NCBI GenBank assembly: GCA_041736305.1
Contig: JBGSTX010000229.1
Location: 1 to 64,000, forward strand
Length of the DNA stretch: 64,000 nt
Direction of reading: 5' to 3'
From: Oligoflexus sp.
GTDB lineage: Bacteria; Bdellovibrionota_B; Oligoflexia; Oligoflexales; Oligoflexaceae
The stretch's first letter is position 1, and each line of letters starts with the position of its first letter. Both the position numbers and the translations under genes were made by a program. Of the stretch, positions 48,132-58,449 are shown piece after piece. The notes under the pieces are model-generated. The model searched no databases and had not been told where the DNA came from. It saw only the letters and a program-made list of their open reading frames with translations.

Positions 48132-48773
48132 ATGAAAAAACTTCTAGTAGCCCTGCTCATGTTTTCTGCTCAGGCCCACGCCGGCAGTGGCAATGAAACG
48201 ACGTTTTCTGAGAAGGAATGTAAAGATCTTGAAGGATTTGACAAGATCGTCTGCGTCCACACTTTCATCAGTGGCTGTACGGAAGAAGGGCGAAATTATG
48301 CAGAAGATGTGAGCTGTCCTACTGTGCGTACGCAGGGACGCCCCTTTCGTCCCATCAAGGCGCCTGTCGAACCAAGTCCCAGCGATCCCCGCCTTCAGGA
48401 TGCCGCCTTCATGGAAGAGCTGCGGTGGGCTACAACCCAGGTGCGTTCTTGCGGTTGCGCCTGCTGTCATGACACCTCGGTGATGAAAGACTTTGCGCTA
48501 TGGGATATTAATAAGCCCTATGTATGGATCGAACAAATGACCAGACGCGGCGTCGTCATCTTGAGTGGTCAGTTGTCTTCAACTTCTTTGGGGTCCATTT
48601 CTCCAGAAGATAACAACGGCTTCGATCGTAGCCAGACCGGCGCGCCGTCTACCGATCCCGCCCGTTTCAAAGCCTTTTTCCAGGCCGAAGCGAATCGTCG
48701 CGGCATAACAGCTGAAGAAATTGCTAAGATGCGCCCGCTCAATATCCCTGGGCCTGTAGGCCCCGCTAATTAA
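48132..48773 (+). CDS. secreted Cys-rich protein with a CGCACCH (CxxCH) motif
   Basis: GGAGG RBS; signal peptide ending AHA; eight Cys residues. Confidence 0.75.
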   Translation: MKKLLVALLMFSAQAHAGSGNETTFSEKECKDLEGFDKIVCVHTFISGCTEEGRNYAEDVSCPTVRTQGRPFRPIKAPVEPSPSDPRLQDAAFMEELRWATTQVRSCGCACCHDTSVMKDFALWDINKPYVWIEQMTRRGVVILSGQLSSTSLGSISPEDNNGFDRSQTGAPSTDPARFKAFFQAEANRRGITAEEIAKMRPLNIPGPVGPAN

Positions 48774-48831
48774 AATTTCTTGATGCTAAGATCCTTCGCT
48801 CCCCAGGCGGAGGATACTCACCGAGGCTCTG

Positions 48832-50628
48832 ATGGAAGCTCCCTTAAAACTCTCCCGCTTGCGCGAAAGCTTCTCTTACATGCCGCGCACTCTGCGCCTA
48901 ACCTGGCAGACTGCGCCGCGCCTCAGTCTAGGTTTGGCCTTGCTGACTCTTCTCAATGCCGCTTTTCCTCTGAGTATCGCCTATGTGGGTAAGCTTATAG
49001 TCGATGCTGTCGTCGCGGGGGATCAAGAGGCGAGCATTCGCCGCGTTGGTTTAGAGCTTCTTCTCATCATCGCTCAATCGCTTTCTAGTCGAGGACAAGG
49101 CCTGCTTCGTCAGTTGCTCGGTGGCCGCCTGGCCGTCGATATTAATTTACTGATACTCAAAAAAGCTCAGGATCTCGATCTCCAGCAGTTCGAAAATCCC
49201 GAATTCTACGATCAGCTGGTTCGAGCCCGTCGCGAGGCCTCCTCCCGTCCGCTGGCGGTGATTACTGACAGCTTTGTCCTCGTCCAACACTGCCTGACTC
49301 TGGCTGGCTACATAGCTCTGCTGCTTCACTTCAACGTCTGGGCTGTGCTCGGTCTCTTTCTAGCAGCCTTACCCGCAGCCTACGCCGAGCTGCATTTCTC
49401 GACCGCTACTTTCTGGTTACGCAATCGACGTTCGGCAGAGGTTCGCCAGCTGAATTACCTTGAGCACGTACTTGCCAACGACAGCTATGTGAAAGAGGTT
49501 CGCCTCTTTCAACTGGGGCCCTCGTTGCTGAGCCGCTACCAGACCACGGCGGAGTCGCTCTATAAAGAAGATAAAAAGCTCAACATAAGGCGGCACAGCT
49601 GGGCATTCATGCTCTCGCTCCTCGGCACCATCGCCTTTTACCTGTGCTACGGATACATTGCTGTCTTAGCAGCTTTGAAGAAGATATCCCTAGGTGACCT
49701 GACTCTCTACGTGGCTGCCTTTCGCCAGGGGCAGCAGTCTTTTCAAATGATACTCTCGACCCTAGGCGGGATGTATGAGAACAACCTCTATATGTCGAAC
49801 CTCTTCGCCTTTCTCGCCCTTGCGAAAACTCCAGAAGCACGGCCCATCCCTTCGCTAAATCCCCCGCAGCCGGAGTCTGGTATTCGTTTCGAAGATGTAT
49901 CGTTTCGCTATCCAAGCCAAAATCAGTGGGCACTAGAAAAGATAAATATCTTCATCCCCCGTGGTCAGAGTCTGGCTCTCGTTGGACATAACGGAGCGGG
50001 GAAGACGACCTTCATCAAGCTCTTGACGCGCCTCTACGAGCCTAGCGAAGGACGTATCCTTCTCGATGGTCGCGACCTACGAGAATGGGAGCTCGAGACG
50101 CTGCGCAAGCGGATGGCCGTCGTTTTTCAAGACTTCAATCGTTATCACTTTAGCTTCCACGATAACGTCGCCATGGGCAGTCTCGATCATTCCCAAGACC
50201 CTTCACGCATCGATCGCGCAGTCTCTGATGGAGGCGCAACAGAAGTGGTAAAGCAGTTGCCGCAGGGAATGAAGACTCAGCTGGGTCGTTGGTTTAAGGA
50301 CGGCGTCGAACTCTCGGGCGGGCAGTGGCAAAAAATCGCTCTGGCACGGGCCTTTATGCGCGAAGAAGCCGATATTCTGGTCCTCGACGAACCGACGGCA
50401 GCCTTAGATGCCGAAGCAGAGTATGCGGTATTCGAGCGCTTCCGCCAATTGACCCGCGAGCGAACCTCGATCCTCATCTCGCATAGATTCCCGACGGTAC
50501 GCATGGCCGACTCGATACTGGTCATCGAAGGAGGTCGCATCATAGAGCAGGGAACTCACGCGGAACTCTTGGCCCGTCAGGGACGTTATGCCCAACTTTT
50601 CGGACTGCAAGCGAGTGGCTATTTATAA
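48832..50628 (+). CDS. ABC exporter, fused permease/ATPase
   Basis: TM domain; Walker A GHNGAGKT; LSGGQWQKIALARA; ILVLDEPT; ISHR. Confidence 0.93.
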   Translation: MEAPLKLSRLRESFSYMPRTLRLTWQTAPRLSLGLALLTLLNAAFPLSIAYVGKLIVDAVVAGDQEASIRRVGLELLLIIAQSLSSRGQGLLRQLLGGRLAVDINLLILKKAQDLDLQQFENPEFYDQLVRARREASSRPLAVITDSFVLVQHCLTLAGYIALLLHFNVWAVLGLFLAALPAAYAELHFSTATFWLRNRRSAEVRQLNYLEHVLANDSYVKEVRLFQLGPSLLSRYQTTAESLYKEDKKLNIRRHSWAFMLSLLGTIAFYLCYGYIAVLAALKKISLGDLTLYVAAFRQGQQSFQMILSTLGGMYENNLYMSNLFAFLALAKTPEARPIPSLNPPQPESGIRFEDVSFRYPSQNQWALEKINIFIPRGQSLALVGHNGAGKTTFIKLLTRLYEPSEGRILLDGRDLREWELETLRKRMAVVFQDFNRYHFSFHDNVAMGSLDHSQDPSRIDRAVSDGGATEVVKQLPQGMKTQLGRWFKDGVELSGGQWQKIALARAFMREEADILVLDEPTAALDAEAEYAVFERFRQLTRERTSILISHRFPTVRMADSILVIEGGRIIEQGTHAELLARQGRYAQLFGLQASGYL

Positions 50629-50777
50629 GAAGCGTTGCTTCGACCAAAAAATTTCTAGGAAAATCAGTCTGTAGCTTCTCATGGTCCAAAAAAATATCGC
50701 TGGCGTCGCAATAATTTTCATACTCCGCGTTCTTTTGTAATAGAAGGCGACTTCACAGATACCAACAGGAGTATTTT

Positions 50778-51137
50778 ATGAAAAAGATTTCGATTGCCCT
50801 AGTTTCAATGGCTGCACTTTTATCGGCAGCTCAAGCCTCTGCTATCTCGACTCGCAAGACCGTCACCGGGCTTTCTTGGCAAATTAACGGCCACGAATCC
50901 TCGAGCGATGCTGAGCGCATTCAGCAAGCCCTAAACGTTTGTACTGCCAAGATCCAGGCAGATGTTGCAACCGCTTCAGCCGTCACAGGCCTGAGCATCA
51001 GCTATAGCAACATCGCGGTTGACAGTACGTACGGTCTTTGGTCTGATACCGAGAAAGACGACTGGACTGGAAAGCGCTCACACAAAGCCGGTGGCGTTGT
51101 GGATTGCAGCTACTTCCAAGACATCGCTGGTCTCTAA
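50778..51137 (+). CDS. small secreted hypothetical protein
   Basis: AGGAG RBS; signal peptide MKKISIALVSMAALLSAAQASA; two Cys. Confidence 0.75.
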   Translation: MKKISIALVSMAALLSAAQASAISTRKTVTGLSWQINGHESSSDAERIQQALNVCTAKIQADVATASAVTGLSISYSNIAVDSTYGLWSDTEKDDWTGKRSHKAGGVVDCSYFQDIAGL

Positions 51138-52502
51138 TCAGTCTGCGCTGGGGACGAGCTGCTTGCTGATCCATGCCTGCACATCAGCGTGTGCGCGTAT
51201 GGTCACGCGAGTACCCTCGTCCTCGTGCTTTTCCTCCATTACGCGGGCTCTTTCGCGTATCATTCCCAACACTCGGCCCTGGCTGTAGGCGATAAGATAG
51301 CTAGCGTCGACCATGTTTTCTTCAAAATAATTCAGGATAGTCTCATGAACGCGCTTTACATCGCCAGCATCTCTCGTTGAGATAGCGATCGCCTCCGGAT
51401 ATTCTTCCTGCAGCTTTTCGAGTTCTCCGGGGGCGAGCCGATCAGTTTTATTCAGTACCACGCGGCGCGCCTGCTCTTCCGTAACAATCTCCGAGAGAAC
51501 TTTTTGGGTAAGCTCGAGTTGCGAGCGAAAACTAGGATCGGACGCATCGACTACAAACAGCAGGAGTGAAGCTGTCGAGGCCTCATCGAGCGTAGAGCGA
51601 AAAGAAGCCACGAGGTCGTGGGGGAGCTTTTTGATGAAGCCCACAGTATCCGACACTAAGATACGCGGCATAGTCGTTGGCTGGAGAGCCCGTACTGTAG
51701 TGTCGAGCGTTGCGAAGAGCTTGTCTTCAACCAGAACCTCACTGCTCGTAAGAGCGCGCATCAGCGAAGATTTACCGGCATTTGTATAACCGACGAGAGC
51801 CACGCAAGGTGCTTCGCGGCGCTGCGATCGGCGAGTCGTTTGTTCAGCGCGTATCGCATCGAGCTGTCCCTTCAGCTCCGCGACCCGATCACGGATGCGG
51901 CGACGGTCGAGTTCGTGAGCACTCTCACCAGCACCTTTCGCTCCGATTCCTCCACCTTGCCTATCACCGCCGACATGCGAGGCCCGCAAGCGTGGGGCAA
52001 GATAAGATAGCTTGGCTATTTCAACTTGGAGCCGAGCTTCGCGACTCCTCGCGTGCCGACTGAAGATTTCTAGGATAACTCCACTGCGGTCGAGAACCTC
52101 GACGCCGGTAGCTTCCTCAAGATTGCTAAGCTGCGTGGGAGTAATTTCGCTATCGAAGACGACGACTGTAGCCTTCTCTTGTCCCTCATGAGCGTTGCGC
52201 TCTGTCGGACTCAGCTCGTCTTCCTCATCCTCGTCGCGCTCGGCTCCAGCTTTTCGAAAGCCACGGACTACGCCTGGGCCACCCGTCCAAGCAGCGATCT
52301 CCTTCAGCTTACCCTCACCCATGATCGTGCCGGTCGCTAGCGCCTTGCGCTTTTGCGTGATGCTACCGACGACTACGAATCCAAGGGTACTACAAAGTCT
52401 TTCTAGTTCAGCGAGCGATGCCTGATGGTCGGCATCTGAAATGCCAGGCAGCTGCACGGCTGCGAGCAGAGCTCGTGTCTTTTTTGGCTCATTGCTTCCC
52501 AT
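51138..52502 (-). CDS. hflX: GTPase HflX
   Basis: AAGGAG RBS; ILEIFSRHARSREARLQVE, GYTNAGKSS, LFATLDTT, DTVGFI and NKTD. Confidence 0.95.
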   Translation of the reverse strand: MGSNEPKKTRALLAAVQLPGISDADHQASLAELERLCSTLGFVVVGSITQKRKALATGTIMGEGKLKEIAAWTGGPGVVRGFRKAGAERDEDEEDELSPTERNAHEGQEKATVVVFDSEITPTQLSNLEEATGVEVLDRSGVILEIFSRHARSREARLQVEIAKLSYLAPRLRASHVGGDRQGGGIGAKGAGESAHELDRRRIRDRVAELKGQLDAIRAEQTTRRSQRREAPCVALVGYTNAGKSSLMRALTSSEVLVEDKLFATLDTTVRALQPTTMPRILVSDTVGFIKKLPHDLVASFRSTLDEASTASLLLFVVDASDPSFRSQLELTQKVLSEIVTEEQARRVVLNKTDRLAPGELEKLQEEYPEAIAISTRDAGDVKRVHETILNYFEENMVDASYLIAYSQGRVLGMIRERARVMEEKHEDEGTRVTIRAHADVQAWISKQLVPSAD

Positions 52503-52773
52503 GGCTTCTCCTTTAAATATTGAATCCCGCGCGAGCTTGGGCTGCCGGACTCCTGCGCGATGAACAGGAACCAAGTCCTTTTATGATATTGTTTCCGCAA
52601 CGGCAAGCACTCCACTCCGCCATAGCCGACATGGTCTATAATTTTATTAGCATCCAAGCCAATTTGGCCAAAAATAGCTTGACCACTGGGCGGCATATTG
52701 CTACATGCGGCTTCTAGATTCTTAACACCACTTCGCGCTTTGAAAGCGGGATCAACTGATTGGGAGACGATGG

Positions 52774-52998
52774 ATGATGGACTCAAGTCTGAAACTGATT
52801 TTCGCTCTAGGCGCTACCATGGCATCGTTCTCTTGTGGCCAAGACAAAGCCGAACAATCCCAGGTTTCCTTCGAAGGGTCTTGCAATGAGAGCAAATGGG
52901 GGCAGTGCTTGGTCGAACTCTCAATGATGGACCGTGAAGCTCAACCCGCCAAGTATATGCGCAAAGAAATCCAGTGTAAGATGATCTGCAATCGGTGA
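52774..52998 (+). CDS. small Cys-containing lipoprotein
   Basis: GGGAG upstream; lipobox SFSC; four further Cys. Confidence 0.5.
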   Translation: MMDSSLKLIFALGATMASFSCGQDKAEQSQVSFEGSCNESKWGQCLVELSMMDREAQPAKYMRKEIQCKMICNR

Positions 52999-53076
52999 TT
53001 TTCCGCCCACCTTTTGATCAAGTGAGTATCGAAGCACGCAGCGGCTAGATCAAGCTGCGTTAACTCCGGCAGCTTC

Positions 53077-53625
53077 TTAGAAATGGCCCATCCACTGGGC
53101 AAAACCTTCCATAAATCCACCCACGAATTTTTGCGTTGACTCGCTGGCGATCATACCTTTTTCATCGAACATTTCGGCTGCATGCCCAATGTAAGCTTCA
53201 GGTTGCTGCATCACCGGCACATTGAGGAAGACGAGAGATTGCCGGAGATGGTGATTCGCTCCAAAGCCGCCCATTGCGCTAGGCGATACACTCATAACGG
53301 CTCCCGGCTTTCCAGCCCAGGCGCTCTGTCCATAGGGACGCGAGCCAACGTCAATAGCATTTTTGAGGACTGCAGGAACGGAACGGTTGTATTCGGGAGT
53401 GACAAAAATAAGCCCATCGTAGGACTTCAGCTTCGCGCGGAAATCGGTCCATTCTTTAGGTGGATCGTTGTCGAGATCCTGGTTGTACATCGGCAGCTGG
53501 GAGATTTCCAAAATCTCCAGTTTCAAACTTTGATTTGCCATTTTTATGAGGTTGTTGGCCATTTTGCGATTAAAGGATTCTTTGCGAAGGCTGCCGACAA
53601 TAAGGGCGATTTTTTTCTGCTGCAT
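53077..53625 (-). CDS. NAD(P)H-dependent FMN reductase (ChrR/YieF-like)
   Basis: Motifs VGSLRKESFN, TPEYNRSVPAVLKNAID and HHLRQ. Confidence 0.93.
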   Translation of the reverse strand: MQQKKIALIVGSLRKESFNRKMANNLIKMANQSLKLEILEISQLPMYNQDLDNDPPKEWTDFRAKLKSYDGLIFVTPEYNRSVPAVLKNAIDVGSRPYGQSAWAGKPGAVMSVSPSAMGGFGANHHLRQSLVFLNVPVMQQPEAYIGHAAEMFDEKGMIASESTQKFVGGFMEGFAQWMGHF

Positions 53626-53874
53626 TCTTTTCTCCTCGGATCAAACCTGGAATTTTGTGCCATCTTCCAACCCAAGACACTTGCATGATTAAAATCGGCG
53701 AACAAGAGAAAGAGCTGAGCGCTAGGGAGAAAATTCATAAGCTTCCTTTGTGGCTTGATCACAAATCTTTATGTTAAGTTTTTCAGGCAGGATAAACATA
53801 GGTGACGATGTAAGATGTCGGTCGCATTTGCTAGGGCGTTTGGATGGAGTTAATGCGGCGAGAAAGGACGGGAT

Positions 53875-54726
53875 ATGGATGTTCTGCAGGAGATAGCGCA
53901 CTTGGATCCTGTCCGCGATGCGCATCGTATCTGCTTTCTTTCCGGGGCCTATCACTTTCCCGAAGACAATCGGCTGGCCCTTGAACTAGCGCTTTTTCGG
54001 ACCTTCTGCGTACCCGCGATTGGGTCCTTGCTCGATAGGTCGGGACAGTTCGCGCGCCACTCGCAAAAGCGCTACGATGATACCGTACTTATCATGGCAG
54101 AAATCATTGAGCATGGACCGACGAGCTCGCGTGGGCAAACCGCTCTGAGGCGCCTGAATGAGGTGCACGCTTACTTCAAGATTGATAATGCGGATTACCT
54201 TTATGTGCTTTCGACCTTTCTATTCGAACCGATTCGCTGGATTGGACGTTACGGTTGGCGGAGACTGAGTCAGAAGGAGATCGATGCCGGCTTTGTCCTC
54301 TGGAGCGAAATTGGTCGCGGCATGGGAATAATGGATATCCCGGCGACCTACGACGATTTTGAAGCTTTTAATCGCCGCTACGAGCGAGAACATTTCGCAG
54401 CTGATCCCGGAGGGTCGCGAGTTGCCGAGGCGACTCTAGGGCTCTTTCTCGAAGGCTTTCCCCGCCTTCTGCGACCTGGTCTGCGACTCGGCATCTATGC
54501 GCTGCTCGATGAGCCGGTGCGCAGGGCCTTCAATTACCCTAGGCCGCCTCGAATCGTATCTTGCTTGGTGACTGGGCTACTTCGGATCAGGGCAATAGGC
54601 CTGCGTCTCGGACCTAAACGGCGGCGCCCTCTTTTGCGAACTAAGATGCGGCATCCGAGTTATCCCGAAGGCCATTCCATAGACGACTTGGGTTTCGACC
54701 GGCCTCGGCCGAAATCGCCGCCTTGA
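53875..54726 (+). CDS. oxygenase MpaB/DUF2236 family protein
   Basis: Motifs LELALFRTFCVP, KRYDDT, LNEVH, YLYVLSTF and GRGMGIMDIP. Confidence 0.8.
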   Translation: MDVLQEIAHLDPVRDAHRICFLSGAYHFPEDNRLALELALFRTFCVPAIGSLLDRSGQFARHSQKRYDDTVLIMAEIIEHGPTSSRGQTALRRLNEVHAYFKIDNADYLYVLSTFLFEPIRWIGRYGWRRLSQKEIDAGFVLWSEIGRGMGIMDIPATYDDFEAFNRRYEREHFAADPGGSRVAEATLGLFLEGFPRLLRPGLRLGIYALLDEPVRRAFNYPRPPRIVSCLVTGLLRIRAIGLRLGPKRRRPLLRTKMRHPSYPEGHSIDDLGFDRPRPKSPP

Positions 54727-54758
54727 TGTAAGTTCTTACCGAGGAATCTCTCAGTTCC

Positions 54759-54794
54759 AAAAAAAGCCAGCGCCGCCCCGGCACTGGCTTTTTT
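54759..54794. terminator. intrinsic terminator, possibly bidirectional
   Basis: A7-GCCAGCGCC...GGCACTGGC-T6. Confidence 0.65.
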
Positions 54795-54862
54795 CTTTGG
54801 GGCGATGCATATTCCACGACATTGCTCTCTCTCCTAGCAAGCGACCATATAGCGAGTTTCAT

Positions 54863-56635
54863 ATGCTGCACCGTCTTATTTTTGCTGCTCTGATCGGCTA
54901 CGCCAGCACCTCCTACTCGAACACCTTGCCCGCCGATCTGAAGATTACGGCGGAGCGGGAGAACTGGCTGAAGACCGGACGTTATGACGAAGTTGAAAAG
55001 CTCTGCGTTAGTCTTCCTCGTCATTTTCCAAAAAACGTGCGCTGCGATAGTTTCGGAACCACTCCAGAAGGCCGGCCGATGTTAGCGTTCATTGCGACTT
55101 CCTCGGGCAAGTTCACGCCAGATGCAAAAACTAAGAAACCCGCTGTGCTTTTTCAAGGTGGTATCCATGCGGGAGAAATCGATGGCAAAGATGCCGGTAC
55201 AATCTTTCTCCGTGAAGTTCTCGAGGGCAAACGCCTACCCGGAGTTTTGGATAAGCTGACGCTCGTCTTCGTTCCTGTATACAACGTCGATGGTTTTGAA
55301 CGCTTTGGAACGAATCATCGACCCAACCAAATAGGCCCCCTAGAAACAGGGTGGCGAACAACGGCACAAAACTACAATCTCAATCGCGATTACCTGAAAG
55401 TCGATGCGCCGGAAACAGAGGCTATGCTGCAGCTGCTCAACGCCTGGGATCCACTCGTGTACATCGACCTGCATGTTACAAATGGAGCCAAATTTCAGCA
55501 CGATATAGCGGTGATGGTCGAACCAGCTGAAGCGGGTCCTGAAGCTCTGCGAAAAGCTGGTCTCGACCTCAGAGAGGTTCTCATGAAAGATTTGGCGGCG
55601 GCAGGAAACCTTCCACTCTGGTTCTACCCAAGTTTTGATAAAGACGACGATCCAACCTCAGGCATCAGCATAAAACCTCATTCGGCTCGCTTCTCCAACG
55701 GCTACTGGGCTCTGAGAAATCGCCTAGGCGTTCTCGTCGAAACTCATGCCTGGCGCAACTATCAACATCGCTGCCAAGCGACTCTTGCTACGCTGAACTC
55801 TATCGTCGCCGAAGCAGCAAAAAAAGCTGGAGCTTGGCGCGAAGCGGCAAAAGCAGCAGACCAAGAAACAGCTCGTCTCGCTGCGGAGAATAAAGATACT
55901 GTCTTGAGCTATACTAATGGACCAAGGACCGAGACTTTCGCCTTCCTGGGCTATACCTATACGAGAAACCTCTCGCCGGTCTCAGGCCAAGCTATGACCG
56001 TCTATAATCCCGATCAAAAGACGGTCTGGAACCTTCCCCTCCGCCGCGATTTGCTGCCCAAGCTCACTCTCAAGGCACCAACTGCCGGCTATCTGATCCC
56101 ACCCGCCTACAGAAAGCTCTTCGAGAACCGACTCAAGCTCCACGAGATTCAGTACAAAGTCTTAGGATCTGCACAAACGCTCAAAGCCGAGCGATACCGA
56201 ATGAGTGAAGTGAAGCTTAAGGATAGCAGCTACGAAAAACATCAAAGAGCCGAGTATAAGGGCGCCTGGTCAGCCGCTGATGAAACTATTTCTGCCGGCT
56301 CACTCTGGATACCTAGTGCCCAAGCAGCTTCACGCCTTCTGCTGACTATCTTTGAACCAGACAGCGACGATTCGTTTCTTGCGTGGGGCTTTTTCAACGA
56401 AATTTTCGAGCGCAAAGAATACATGGAGCCCTACGTAGCCGAAGAGCTTGCACAGGAAATGTTGAAAGATCCAAAGATTCGGCAGGAATTTGAAGCGAAG
56501 CTGGCAAGCGATGCCGAATTTGCGAAGAGTCCCCAGCAGAGGCTGGACTTTTTCTATAAACGGCATCCGAGTTTCGATGAGCGTCTGAACAGCTACCCTA
56601 TTTTGAGAATATCAACGGCGCCGCGCCTCCTCTGA
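54863..56635 (+). CDS. secreted M14 zinc carboxypeptidase family protein
   Basis: Signal peptide; IHAGEIDG (HxxE), YNVDG, NLNRD, IDLH and LVETH. Confidence 0.9.
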   Translation: MLHRLIFAALIGYASTSYSNTLPADLKITAERENWLKTGRYDEVEKLCVSLPRHFPKNVRCDSFGTTPEGRPMLAFIATSSGKFTPDAKTKKPAVLFQGGIHAGEIDGKDAGTIFLREVLEGKRLPGVLDKLTLVFVPVYNVDGFERFGTNHRPNQIGPLETGWRTTAQNYNLNRDYLKVDAPETEAMLQLLNAWDPLVYIDLHVTNGAKFQHDIAVMVEPAEAGPEALRKAGLDLREVLMKDLAAAGNLPLWFYPSFDKDDDPTSGISIKPHSARFSNGYWALRNRLGVLVETHAWRNYQHRCQATLATLNSIVAEAAKKAGAWREAAKAADQETARLAAENKDTVLSYTNGPRTETFAFLGYTYTRNLSPVSGQAMTVYNPDQKTVWNLPLRRDLLPKLTLKAPTAGYLIPPAYRKLFENRLKLHEIQYKVLGSAQTLKAERYRMSEVKLKDSSYEKHQRAEYKGAWSAADETISAGSLWIPSAQAASRLLLTIFEPDSDDSFLAWGFFNEIFERKEYMEPYVAEELAQEMLKDPKIRQEFEAKLASDAEFAKSPQQRLDFFYKRHPSFDERLNSYPILRISTAPRLL

Positions 56636-56706
56636 AGTTCGGGGAAAGACTCCCATTTGGTCTTGAAATTCCTTCAACTCGCCTCTATCTAGTCATCGCA
56701 TGAAAA

Positions 56707-56862
56707 TAAATTAAAGTATAGTATAATTTGTATGATATTTTGCCAATTAAATTATACTTTAGTTAATTTTAATTCTAAAAACTCGATGGAAAATAACTTA
56801 AATTAAAGTATAATTTATACCTGAATAATCTACTTAACTTATACTTTAATATAAATTAAAGG
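56707..56862. promoter_or_regulatory. AT-rich operator/promoter of the hipBA-like locus
   Basis: TAAATTAAAGTATA at 56707 and 56799; inverted copies TTATACTTTA at 56752 and 56839; partial copy at 56852. Confidence 0.7.
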
Positions 56863-56869
56863 TCATCAT

Positions 56870-57190
56870 ATGCCAGTTTCCTTGAATTTTCTAACCGATC
56901 AAGAATTATACCAAAATGTCACCCAGGGACTTTTACAAAAGAGGCTGGCTCTCAACATGCTACAAAAGGACCTGGCAGCCAAAGCAGGTATATCGGTACC
57001 TACGCTCGTTAAATTCGAAGCGGGGGAGGAAGTAAAAGTGCTTACACTTTTTAAGGTGATGCGCGCTTTGGGAGAAAGCTCCCGACTGAATGTGCTCATC
57101 ATAGAAGATCTGGAGTCGCCAAAGAATCTTTTCGAAAATGATCAGAGTGGAAGCAAAAGGAAACGTCGCCAGAGAGCAAGAAAAAAATGA
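56870..57190 (+). CDS. XRE/HTH antitoxin (HipB-like)
   Basis: RLALNMLQKDLAAKAGISVPTLVKFEAG; basic tail KRKRRQRARKK; ATGA-coupled to hipA. Confidence 0.85.
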   Translation: MPVSLNFLTDQELYQNVTQGLLQKRLALNMLQKDLAAKAGISVPTLVKFEAGEEVKVLTLFKVMRALGESSRLNVLIIEDLESPKNLFENDQSGSKRKRRQRARKK

Positions 57191-58449
57191 AGAACACAAG
57201 TCTTGAAATTCAGCTTTGGGGCATGATCGTGGGGCACATTGCAAAAACCAGATCGGGTATTGCATTCGAGTACGATGAGGCTTTCAAGGTCCGTGGTCTC
57301 GAAATATCACCCTTTGAGATTCCCCTTGCAAGCACCCACATCTATCAATCACTGCAACGGAGTCAAACCTACTCCGGACTACCAGGCGTCATCGCGGATT
57401 GTCTGCCCGACACATACGGGCGATCGGCGATAAATACATTCTACAAAAAGAACTACGGACTCGAATCTTTCGATGTTGGGCCGCTTGAAATCCTCTCCTA
57501 TATTGGTGATCGCTCCATCGGTGCTCTGGAATTCCGACCTCAAAGAAGCGTGCACACGACGGATGGGGATTTTCTGGAAATTCGAAACCTGCTTTCTTCT
57601 GCCCGTCTCATATTGGAAGGGAAGGCAGATGAAGTGACGGAACGCATCATCAGAATTTCGTCATCTGCCGGGGGGCGGCAGGCCAAAGCTCTTATCGACT
57701 ATAATTATAAAACAAAGGAGATTCGTGCTGGATTCGATCCTTCAAAGCAAGGTTTCCGACCCTGCATTATAAAGTTTGATGGGCTTATGGAAGGTGACGA
57801 AGCCAACTATTACGGCCGATTGGAATATTTATATTCAATGCTCGCTAGAGAGCTGGGCATCAAAATGCCAAGCACCTACCTATTGGAAACGGAAAATGAT
57901 AGGGGCCTGATGGCCCACTTCATCATCGATCGATTCGATAGAGACTCAGGAAAAAGAAAAACACATCACTTTGCCAGCTTGTGTGGCTTGACACTCCGCG
58001 ACTATCGCGACAAGCATTCGTCCAGCTACGAAGACTATCTACGAGTCGCAATGAAGTTAACAAGTGCCCAGTCCGAAGTGTATGAAGCTTTTCAGCGAGC
58101 CATTTTCAACCTTGTGTTTCGAGTCCAGGATGACCACAGTAAAAACTTCGGCTTCCTGATGGATCAGAAAGGTCAATGGACTCTGTCCCCAGCCTACGAT
58201 CTTACTTATGTCTTTGGAGGAACGGCGCTCACTCATCAAATGACGTTCAACGGGAAAGACGACCTTTTCGAATGCAGCGACGTTATCGAAGTTGGGAAAA
58301 AATTTGGCATCAAAAAGGCACAAGCCATGCACGTACTAGAAAATACCTTAGCCACTGCCAGTCAATTTGAAAGCAGAGCGTTGGAAGTGGGATTGGAAGA
58401 AGATTACATAAAAGGTGTCAGCAGCAGACTTCGGAAAACATGGGCCTAA
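57187..58449 (+). CDS. hipA: HipA-family Ser/Thr kinase toxin
   Basis: N-terminal DCLPDTYG and DRSIGALEF; P-loop SAGGRQAK; DRFDR; catalytic QDDHSKNF; LSPAYDL. Confidence 0.92.
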   Translation: MKNTSLEIQLWGMIVGHIAKTRSGIAFEYDEAFKVRGLEISPFEIPLASTHIYQSLQRSQTYSGLPGVIADCLPDTYGRSAINTFYKKNYGLESFDVGPLEILSYIGDRSIGALEFRPQRSVHTTDGDFLEIRNLLSSARLILEGKADEVTERIIRISSSAGGRQAKALIDYNYKTKEIRAGFDPSKQGFRPCIIKFDGLMEGDEANYYGRLEYLYSMLARELGIKMPSTYLLETENDRGLMAHFIIDRFDRDSGKRKTHHFASLCGLTLRDYRDKHSSSYEDYLRVAMKLTSAQSEVYEAFQRAIFNLVFRVQDDHSKNFGFLMDQKGQWTLSPAYDLTYVFGGTALTHQMTFNGKDDLFECSDVIEVGKKFGIKKAQAMHVLENTLATASQFESRALEVGLEEDYIKGVSSRLRKTWA

